DNA from: Chloroflexota bacterium
GTDB taxonomy: Bacteria; Chloroflexota; Dehalococcoidia; GIF9; UBA5629
Direction of reading: 5' to 3'
NCBI GenBank assembly: GCA_037441105.1
Contig: JBBISW010000007.1
Location: 1-33,158, forward strand
DNA length: 33,158 nucleotides
Positions 7,151 to 14,147 of the stretch are shown here, one piece after another (within the stretch, counting starts at the first letter, position 1; each line of letters begins with the position of its first letter). The notes beneath the pieces are model-generated. The model saw only the letters and a program-made list of their open reading frames with translations. It had not been told where the DNA came from and did not search any database. The translations under genes were made by a program, and so were the position numbers.

Positions 7151-7606
7151 TTAGCCCCTCCTCCTCAACGCTCGTCCTATTTCCCTCTCCGTCTCCCGAC
7201 GAGCCATCGCCTCGCGCTTGTCATGAAGCCTCTTACCTCGAGCTACACCCAGCTCAACCTTGGCAATCCCTCCTTTAATATATAACTTCAAGGGCACTAA
7301 AGTCAAACCTTTCTGTGTCACCATGCCAGCTAGCTCGTCAATCTGGCGGCGGTGCAATAAGAGCTTACGCGGTCGGTTTGGCTCATGGTTATAGTAACTG
7401 CCAGCCTGATATGCCGCGATATGCGAATTGAACAGCCACAACTCACCACCTTCAGGCCTGGCATAGGCATCACGGATGTTCACCCGACCAGCCCGGATAG
7501 ACTTTATCTCAGTGCCAGTAAGGACAATGCCAACTTCCAGGCTTTCCAGAATATGATAATCGTGATAAGCTTTGCGATTGACAGTTATCGTTTTCGATTC
7601 CACCAT
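7151..7606 (-). CDS. smpB: SsrA-binding protein SmpB
   Basis: The sequence MVESKTITVNRKAYHDYHILESLEVGIVLTGTEIKSIRAGRVNIRDAYA...RPRKLLLHRRQIDEL is canonical SmpB. I set the start at the ATG at 7604-7606. The longer track ORF (to 7885) runs through intergenic repeats and is rejected. Confidence 0.9.
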   Translation of the reverse strand: MVESKTITVNRKAYHDYHILESLEVGIVLTGTEIKSIRAGRVNIRDAYARPEGGELWLFNSHIAAYQAGSYYNHEPNRPRKLLLHRRQIDELAGMVTQKGLTLVPLKLYIKGGIAKVELGVARGKRLHDKREAMARRETEREIGRALRRRG

Positions 7607-7656
7607 ATGTGCTAAAATTCTATCACTATTGCCATAAATAAGATAGAAACCATAGC

Positions 7657-7884
7657 CTGTCATTGCGAGCCCTTCGCTTCCTGTCATTCTGACCCTGAAC
7701 GAAGTGAAGGGGAAGAATCTCTGGCTCAGGGTAAACTCCGCGAAGCAATCTCGGCAAATCCATCCTGTCATTGCGAGGAGCGAAAAGCGACGAAGCAATC
7801 TCGGCGGACGGGGGTGAGAGGAAACAAAGCACTCCTCCACAGCCCCACCAAGGTTGCCACGGCACTCTGTGCCTCGCAATGACA
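7657..7884. repeat. Cluster of composite interspersed repeats (family B) in the smpB/comEA divergent intergenic region
   Basis: CTGTCATTGCGAG occurs at 7657 and 7765, and inverted at 7872-7884. TGTCATTCTGA occurs at 7682 and GAAGAATCTC at 7712. CGAAGCAATCTCGGC occurs at 7741 and 7791. A block of about 100 nt (7657-7755) aligns with 31347-31450. Confidence 0.85.
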
Positions 7885-7921
7885 ATGAATACGGTCAAAT
7901 AAAGGGAACAAGGAGTGTATT

Positions 7922-8431
7922 ATGTCAAGTCATCTAGATAAATACTGGCTACTCATCGTTGCATTTCTACTTATCAGCCTCATCGCTGGCGGTGCAGTGC
8001 TGGCGATCAAGCAAAGCAGCCACAAGCCAATCGAGATTTCCCTATCCTCAACTACCCCCTCCCAGTACAAGGGAGATATTTACATCGACGGGGCAGTGGC
8101 CAACCCCGGTTTCTATCCCTTAAGAGAAGGTGACACTATAGAGGCTCTTATCCAGGCTGCTGGAACTACGCCTGACGCCGACTTGAGTCACATCAAGATT
8201 TATGTGCCTAAGACCAAGGAAAGCTATCCACCACAGAAGATAAGCTTAAACCGGGCTGAGGTCTGGCTACTCGATGCCCTGCCTGGAATCGGGCCAGACA
8301 GAGCTCAAGCTATTGCCGACTATCGTAACCAACACGGGCCTTTCAAGAGAATCGAGGACTTGCTAAAAGTGGATGGCATCGGCCGCTCCACCTTGGACAG
8401 GATAAGAGATTTAATAACCTTAGAGGATTAG
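7922..8431 (+). CDS. comEA: ComEA-like competence protein (TM anchor, SLBB domain, helix-hairpin-helix)
   Basis: The 169-aa ORF has an N-terminal TM helix, an SLBB-like segment (YIDGAVANPGFYPLREGDTIEALIQAAG) and two HhH motifs (LPGIGPDRAQAI, VDGIGRSTLDRI). AAGGAG lies upstream of the start. Confidence 0.85.
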   Translation: MSSHLDKYWLLIVAFLLISLIAGGAVLAIKQSSHKPIEISLSSTTPSQYKGDIYIDGAVANPGFYPLREGDTIEALIQAAGTTPDADLSHIKIYVPKTKESYPPQKISLNRAEVWLLDALPGIGPDRAQAIADYRNQHGPFKRIEDLLKVDGIGRSTLDRIRDLITLED

Positions 8432-8438
8432 AAATCTC

Positions 8439-10892
8439 GTGACACTCATTTACCTCAGTGCTGCCTGGGTAGCAGGTATTTACTTGGGCTCGAAAATTGC
8501 CCTACCGATAGGCGTTATCTGTCTAGGGCTATTGCCCCTATGCCTCATTCCTTTCCTATTGCAGTATAAGAAGCACCTGCTCCTGGCTGGATTCTGCCTT
8601 TTTGCTTTGCTTGGCGGTTGCATTCGCCTCCAATCAAGCCTGCCCGTAGTCAATGAGCAGCACCTTCAATTCTACAACGACAAGGGAGTAGTTGAAATCG
8701 AGGGAATGGTATGCACTGAGCCTGAAATCAGAAACACAACTGCCATTTTCCAGCTTTTAGCCACTGAACTGCACATAGATGGTGCGGAGAAGGAAATGTC
8801 AGGGAAAGCTCTAATACGCGTGCCCCGATATCAAGAATATCACTACGGGGATATGCTTAAAGTGATTGGTAAGCCGGAAACACCACCACAACTCGACGAT
8901 TTCGATTATAAAGGCTATCTAGCCCGGCAAGGAATTTACTCGGTCATAGATTTTCCTAGGATAGAAATACTTGATACAGGCAAAGGTTTTAAGCCGTTGT
9001 CCTGGATCTACTCTTTGAGAAATCGCCTTTCCCAGAGCCTGTCCCTTGCCTTACCCGAACCACAAGCCTCACTAGCTCAAGGAATTTTACTTGGCCTGAG
9101 AGGCAATATTCCCTATTCTCTACAGGAAGCTTTCTCCAGAACTGGAACTGCCCACCTGCTAGCCATATCTGGCCTCCATCTCAGCATTATCATAGGCATA
9201 TTCCTCAGTGCCGCAATCTGGCTTTTCGGCAGACGCTACTCCATCTACATCTGGCTGGCTTTTCTGGCTATCTGGCTATATGCTCTGGTTACCGGCATGC
9301 GTCCGCCCGTAGTCCGTGGCGCCGTCATGGGAAGTATGTTCCTGCTGGCCGAATATCTGGGCAGGCAACGTAGCGCGTCAACGGCACTTGCCTTTGCCGC
9401 AGCAGTGATGATAGGAATTGAGCCTCAAGTTCTATGGGATGCCAGCTTCCAGATGAGCTTCCTGGCTATGGCAGGGCTCATTCTCCTTTCACCCTACTTT
9501 CAAGCCTGGGCTAGAAGAGGAGTAGCTGTCACCATAGGCAGAGAAGGAACTGCAGCATCTTTATGTAATTTTGTCGCTGATAGCTTTGCAGTTACTTTAG
9601 CTGCCATCTTAGCTACCTGGCCGGTAATCGCCCACTATTTTGACGTTGTCTCCTTCGTTGGCCTGCCAGCTACTTTCTTCGCTCTGCTGGCCTTGCCAGG
9701 CATAATCATCACTTCAGCCCTAGTCGCTGGGGTGGGGCTTTTGGCACCATTCTTAGCCCAGGCTCTAGGCTGGATAGCCTGGCTTTTCCTCAGCTACCTC
9801 ATTTTCATAGTGCAAGCCTTTGATGCCTTGCCCTTCTCGTCTGTTGAACTGGGCGGTATACATATCTGGCAAATATGGCTCTACTATGCCTTACTGGCAA
9901 CAGCTATAACAGCTATAAACTACCGAACCCAACTGGCTGACTTTCTTTCCCAGGCAGCTTCCAAAATCAGCTATTCAGCCAGCAAAACCGTAGAACACGC
10001 CTCCAAATTGCCCAAGAAATGGGTTATCTCACCGCTTCTAATCGTGACTATCCTCGTTTGGGTAGCTGTCTTGAACATGCCTGATGACAAGCTACATGTG
10101 AGCATACTCGATGTCGGGCAAGGAGATGCCGTCCTAATTCAAACGCCAAGCCACCAAGACATCCTCATAGATGGCGGGCCAAGTCCACAAGCGATAAGTC
10201 TGGAGCTTGGCAAGAGATTACCCTTCTGGGACAGGACTGTCGATTTGGTGGTGTTAACTCAACCACAAGCCGACCATATCGCTGGTCTCGTAGAAGTACT
10301 TCAGAAGTATAAAGTGCCACAGGTCATTGAGCCAGAGATAACCTATAGCTCAAGTATCTATCAACACTGGCGCAGCTTAGTTGACGATAAAGAAATTGAG
10401 CACGAGATAGCTCGCGCCGGACAAGAGGTCAAACTTGGAAATGGAATAAAGCTGGAGATAGTTCATCCTCCATCGCCTTTGCTCCAGGGCACTTCAGACG
10501 ATATAGACAACAACAGCCTGGTGCTGCGACTGAGCTGGAATAAAGTAAGCTTCTTGCTCACTGCTGACATCGGCCAAGAGGCTGAATGGTACCTCATCGC
10601 CCAGCGAGCCAACTTAAAGAGCACGGTATTAAAGGTCGCCCACCATGGCAGCCGGACTTCTACTTCTTCAGAATTTCTAGCTGTAGTTGACCCTGAAGCA
10701 GCAATTATCTCGGTTGGAGCCAAAAACAGATTTGGTCTCCCTCACACCGAAGTAGTAAACAGGCTAACCGAACAGTTAGGAGGCAGAGTCTATCTGACTT
10801 CAACTCATGGGACTATCGAGCTTATAACTGATGGCGATAGGCTGTGGGTAAAACTCGATAAAGCAGCCTACGGAAAATCGGCAAGCAAATAG
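8439..10892 (+). CDS. comEC: DNA internalization competence protein ComEC/Rec2 with C-terminal metallo-beta-lactamase domain
   Basis: The 817-aa polytopic membrane protein has a competence domain (TGTAHLLAISGLHLSII). The C-terminus carries an MBL-like motif (DVGQGDAVLI...HHGS). It starts at GTG, 8 nt after the comEA stop. Confidence 0.9.
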   Translation: MTLIYLSAAWVAGIYLGSKIALPIGVICLGLLPLCLIPFLLQYKKHLLLAGFCLFALLGGCIRLQSSLPVVNEQHLQFYNDKGVVEIEGMVCTEPEIRNTTAIFQLLATELHIDGAEKEMSGKALIRVPRYQEYHYGDMLKVIGKPETPPQLDDFDYKGYLARQGIYSVIDFPRIEILDTGKGFKPLSWIYSLRNRLSQSLSLALPEPQASLAQGILLGLRGNIPYSLQEAFSRTGTAHLLAISGLHLSIIIGIFLSAAIWLFGRRYSIYIWLAFLAIWLYALVTGMRPPVVRGAVMGSMFLLAEYLGRQRSASTALAFAAAVMIGIEPQVLWDASFQMSFLAMAGLILLSPYFQAWARRGVAVTIGREGTAASLCNFVADSFAVTLAAILATWPVIAHYFDVVSFVGLPATFFALLALPGIIITSALVAGVGLLAPFLAQALGWIAWLFLSYLIFIVQAFDALPFSSVELGGIHIWQIWLYYALLATAITAINYRTQLADFLSQAASKISYSASKTVEHASKLPKKWVISPLLIVTILVWVAVLNMPDDKLHVSILDVGQGDAVLIQTPSHQDILIDGGPSPQAISLELGKRLPFWDRTVDLVVLTQPQADHIAGLVEVLQKYKVPQVIEPEITYSSSIYQHWRSLVDDKEIEHEIARAGQEVKLGNGIKLEIVHPPSPLLQGTSDDIDNNSLVLRLSWNKVSFLLTADIGQEAEWYLIAQRANLKSTVLKVAHHGSRTSTSSEFLAVVDPEAAIISVGAKNRFGLPHTEVVNRLTEQLGGRVYLTSTHGTIELITDGDRLWVKLDKAAYGKSASK

Positions 10893-10909
10893 TCAAGATT
10901 GTTTACCAA

Positions 10910-10960
10910 TGTAGCTGCGAGGCTTTAGCCTCGCTACAAAAGGCGACCCTAAAGGGTCGC
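10910..10960. repeat. REP/BIME-like double hairpin (family A, copy 2)
   Basis: The sequence is TGTAGC-t-GCGAGGC-ttta-GCCTCGC-tacaaaag-GCGACCC-taaa-GGGTCGC. It starts 18 nt after the comEC stop. It has the same two stems as 6585-6641, but the distal GCTACA head is absent (tgggac). Confidence 0.85.
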
Positions 10961-11112
10961 TGGGACAACAGGATACGCTTAAAATCAGGTTTCAACACAT
11001 AAGTGAAGATGGCTTGAGTTGAATGATTTAATTAGCAGCAGCTTTAGATGTTTCTTTCCCAGTATCTACCATTATACGATGGAGAAATCTTTTTCTTTGT
11101 CTTTCTGGCTGG

Positions 11113-11319
11113 TCATGAGGTTCTGGCCGACATGAGGTTCTGGCCGAGGAAACTTACGATATCTTTCTTGTCAAATCTGCGGTCACCACGCGGGCCAATA
11201 CGATACGCCTTGAGTATGCCTCGATTACTCCACCGCCTCACCGTATTAATATGGACATTAAGTGTCTTAGCTACCTCGCTGGCAGTCAGAAACCTGTCTT
11301 CCTCACTTACGAGTACCAT
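11113..11319 (-). CDS. Excisionase/MerR-type helix-turn-helix DNA-binding protein
   Basis: The 68-aa ORF contains LTASEVAKTLNVHINTVRRWSNRGILKAYRIGPRGDRRF, matching the HTH_17/excisionase pattern. An AAGGAAAG SD sequence lies 8 nt upstream of the ATG. The 3' end carries a 17-bp tandem duplication. Confidence 0.75.
   Translation of the reverse strand: MVLVSEEDRFLTASEVAKTLNVHINTVRRWSNRGILKAYRIGPRGDRRFDKKDIVSFLGQNLMSARTS
11114..11147. repeat. Perfect 17-bp tandem duplication (catgaggttctggccga x2)
   Basis: Read directly from the sequence: 11114-11130 is identical to 11131-11147. Confidence 0.95.
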
Positions 11320-12163
11320 GCACTACTTTCCTTTGCGTAGGCACATCGGTGTGCTGGGGATCTGGTTGATGTTCTTCGGCATCCTGATATTAACATTGCC
11401 TTTGTTTACTGTGTTACCTACGGGCTATAACATAGCTCTATTAGAGCCGATATCGCCTTCGAGTGAGCAATCGTTAACATCGCCAGATGGGACTAACGAG
11501 ACAACCCCAATAGCCCCAATGGAAGAAGCATCGCCATCAGATGCGCAGGCAGTAGACATCTCAACAGCAGTTAATACGCCAACACCATCAGACCAGGTTC
11601 TCACCTCGCACCAGGAGCCAGTAATAAATATGCCAGCAGATGATGAGATAGCTCCGGGAAAAGCGATATCAAGCCCGGGTGACAAGGTAGCTGCCACGCT
11701 GCTTCCATCAGTCAAGGTTGGAACCGATATTGGCAACCTCGCCCCGGATTTCACCCTGAAAACCATAAACGGCAAAGCCATCACTTTGAGCGACTTGCAC
11801 GGCAAGAAGGTATTGCTTAACTTCTGGTCAACCCGCTGTGGAGCCTGTATAGTAGGATTTCCCCTTATTCGTGAAACCTATGTTAAGCATGGTAAGAACT
11901 CAGGAGATATAGCTGTAATCACCGTATGCATCGATGCCAGGGTAGACCGCATCAAGGCGATTGAGAATAAATACGGCGACAAATATGGTCCCCTCGATTT
12001 TCCTATACTACTTGATGAGCAAACCAAAGCTAAAAATGACTACCATATCTGGGCAGTGCCCACCACGTTTTTTATCAACTCACAAGGAATTATTAAGCAA
12101 ATGAAGCCAGGGCGCTTCCAGACACAACAGGAAATAGAAGATATACTCAAGTCGTTGCAATAA
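11318..12163 (+). CDS. Membrane-anchored TlpA/ResA-like thioredoxin-fold thiol:disulfide oxidoreductase
   Basis: An N-terminal TM helix (GVLGIWLMFFGILILTLPLF) is followed by a long Ser/Pro/Thr-rich linker. The C-terminal redoxin domain has FWSTRCGACIVGFP (CxxC) and AVPTTFFI. The start is uncertain: the ATG at 11318 has no SD sequence, and alternatives exist at 11351 (GTG) and 11369 (ATG). The track ORF from 11048 overlaps the HTH gene and is rejected. Confidence 0.7.
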   Translation: MHYFPLRRHIGVLGIWLMFFGILILTLPLFTVLPTGYNIALLEPISPSSEQSLTSPDGTNETTPIAPMEEASPSDAQAVDISTAVNTPTPSDQVLTSHQEPVINMPADDEIAPGKAISSPGDKVAATLLPSVKVGTDIGNLAPDFTLKTINGKAITLSDLHGKKVLLNFWSTRCGACIVGFPLIRETYVKHGKNSGDIAVITVCIDARVDRIKAIENKYGDKYGPLDFPILLDEQTKAKNDYHIWAVPTTFFINSQGIIKQMKPGRFQTQQEIEDILKSLQ

Positions 12164-12232
12164 TACTGCCCAAGTTTAAACCAAAAACACGCTAAGGGAG
12201 AAATGAAGCAGCCCTGGACAATAAGTTTAGTG

Positions 12233-13240
12233 CTATTTTGAAGACAAAGCGTAAGTCACTGCTTCAAGGGCATTGATGCGTCCTTTGCCAATCCCTTTAA
12301 TACCAAGCTCGTCACAGTTAGTTTCGATTGCCTTTCGTACCTCATCATTAACGAAACCGTTACGGTTGGCGTCGCTTACCACAGTGAAAAGCAAACCAGC
12401 CATTCCAGACACATAGGCGGCTGCCATTGAAGTGCCACTCTTGTAACCATAGCCATTAACAGGCAATGTAGAATAGATGTTAACCCCAGGAGCCACCACA
12501 TCCACCCAATCACCATAGCCTGACCACGAGGCCACAAAATCATTGGCATCAGTAGCTGCCACTGCGAGGCAATTTGTGTAATAAGCAGGATATGCTGGCC
12601 GTGTACCTGCGTGGTTACCAGCTGCGCAGACCACAACAGCTCCATTGCTCCAGGCGTAGTCTATCGCGTCTTCTAAGACTGAGGATGGCTCATTAATGAA
12701 TAAACTGATATTGATAACCTTGGCACCGTTCTCCACTGCCCAGACAATACCCTTAGCCACTGATGAGGCAGTACACCTACCTGCCTCATCAGCTACCTTA
12801 ACATTCATTAGACAGCAATTGTATGCGAGGCCAGCAATACCAAAGCCGTTGTTTGCTTTTGCTGCGATAATACCAGCGACATGTGTCCCATGACCGTATA
12901 TGTCACTTGCCACCGGACTATCAGCAAAATTGACTTCGGTAATTACTTTGCCGGCTAAATCCTCATGGCCACGGTCAATTCCAGTATCCAAAACGGCGAT
13001 AACAACACTCGCATCTCCCGATGTAACCTGCCAGGCTTGAGGCACTGTAATCTCCGCCATAACCCTCTGCTCATCAAGATAGCTATCATTCGAAGCTACC
13101 GTTACTGGCTCACAATAAACGGGCTCTGGTTTGGAATAAACAACAGCTACCCGACCTATGTCGTGATGGCTATCTACCAAAGTCACTACTAACTGAGTAA
13201 GTAGACAAATTGCTAAGATCGGAATACACAGAACTTTCAT
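12233..13240 (-). CDS. Secreted subtilisin-family (S8) serine protease
   Basis: The 335-aa ORF has a signal-peptide-like N-terminus. The catalytic triad motifs VLDTGID, HGTHVAGII and GTSMAAAYVSG are all present. Confidence 0.9.
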   Translation of the reverse strand: MKVLCIPILAICLLTQLVVTLVDSHHDIGRVAVVYSKPEPVYCEPVTVASNDSYLDEQRVMAEITVPQAWQVTSGDASVVIAVLDTGIDRGHEDLAGKVITEVNFADSPVASDIYGHGTHVAGIIAAKANNGFGIAGLAYNCCLMNVKVADEAGRCTASSVAKGIVWAVENGAKVINISLFINEPSSVLEDAIDYAWSNGAVVVCAAGNHAGTRPAYPAYYTNCLAVAATDANDFVASWSGYGDWVDVVAPGVNIYSTLPVNGYGYKSGTSMAAAYVSGMAGLLFTVVSDANRNGFVNDEVRKAIETNCDELGIKGIGKGRINALEAVTYALSSK

Positions 13241-13355
13241 GCCAACAGTAGTCTAAAACGTTTTCCCTGTCCACATATCACCCAATGGTCACGATTTAAT
13301 ATAAGAATTTAGTCCCACCACCCAAAATTAAATATGAAATAACCTGGTAGAGGTA

Positions 13356-13383
13356 TTGACACCAAAAGAGATGACTTGATAAT
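13356..13383 (+). promoter_or_regulatory. Candidate sigma70-type promoter upstream of the kinase fragment
   Basis: The sequence reads TTGACA (13356-13361), a 16-nt spacer, then GATAAT (13378-13383). This lies about 95 nt upstream of the GTG at 13477. Confidence 0.4.
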
Positions 13384-13476
13384 GTTAGGGTAATCTATGC
13401 CAGGTCTAGCTCTATACAAGTTGATGAACTTTCCACAGACAAACTCACTACTACGACAAAGGGTAAAACTAAGTTC

Positions 13477-14007
13477 GTGAAAAACGCGGCTAGCCCACAA
13501 AGAGAGCGGTCAGTCGAAGGCTTTCATTTGGAGCTGGAACCAACTGGCATTGATGCCATTGCTTACAAAGTAGTTGACCAGATATTGCCGATAGTTCATA
13601 GCCGAGACCAATCTCTAGCCTTAGACGTGACGTCATACCTCCCTGAAATCGCTGCTGACGCGCTAAGGATAGAACAGATTCTGCTCTACCTCCTGTCCAA
13701 TGCCGTAAAGTTCACTCCAGATGGCGGCAGCATATCCTTTTCGGCAGCTAGCAATAGCGGCTTCATAGTCATCAAGGTTCGCGATAGTGGCTGCTGTATA
13801 CCACCGGAGGAGCAGCAGGAAATCTTCCAGCCTTATTACCGGCTCAAGGGTGATAATGAAAAGGACAGCCCAGGAGTAGGCTTAGGTCTAGCTTTGTGTA
13901 AGCACCTGGTAGAGCTTCACGGCGGCAGGATATGGGTGGAAAGCGAACAAGGCAAGGGTAATACCTTCGCTTTCGCCTTGCCTCTTGAAAAATTGGCTAG
14001 TGCCTGA
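13477..14007 (+). CDS. Histidine-kinase fragment with the ATPase (HATPase_c) domain only; possibly a gene remnant
   Basis: The 176-aa ORF has an N-box (LLYLLSNAVKFTP), a G1 box (VRDSGCCIP) and a G2 box (GVGLGLALCKHLVELHGG). No H-box/DHp or sensor region is present. The same frame hits a TGA at 13372-13374, and the intervening codons do not resemble a DHp helix. Confidence 0.7.
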   Translation: MKNAASPQRERSVEGFHLELEPTGIDAIAYKVVDQILPIVHSRDQSLALDVTSYLPEIAADALRIEQILLYLLSNAVKFTPDGGSISFSAASNSGFIVIKVRDSGCCIPPEEQQEIFQPYYRLKGDNEKDSPGVGLGLALCKHLVELHGGRIWVESEQGKGNTFAFALPLEKLASA

Positions 14008-14147
14008 ACCAACTCCTGCCACTTCTTACCCATATCAAATCAGCATCACCAACTGGCTTCACCGCACAACAGCCTATTGATTTATAGTTGATTTTGGCGT
14101 AGAGTATTAGGTATCTTTTAAGCTTAAGAGGACTCTAGGAGGCAAGA

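Noticed and set aside
7657-7884. A CRISPR array, suggested by the recurring ~13-15-nt motifs.
   Set aside because: The repeats are too short and occur in both orientations. They are irregularly spaced, lack unique spacers of uniform length, and recur as one block elsewhere (31347-31450). No cas genes are present.
7607-7885. The 93-codon N-terminal extension of smpB in the ORF track (244 aa), and the overlapping 90-aa ORF at 7626-7898.
   Set aside because: The extension is made entirely of the family-B repeat modules. Canonical SmpB begins at the internal ATG (7606), and the same repeat makes a similar fake ORF at 31302-31529.
11048-11317. The upstream 90 codons of the 371-aa thioredoxin-like ORF.
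   Set aside because: This region is antisense to the excisionase-type HTH gene, which has a clear domain and an SD sequence. The stretch has no recognisable features, and it includes the 17-bp duplication.
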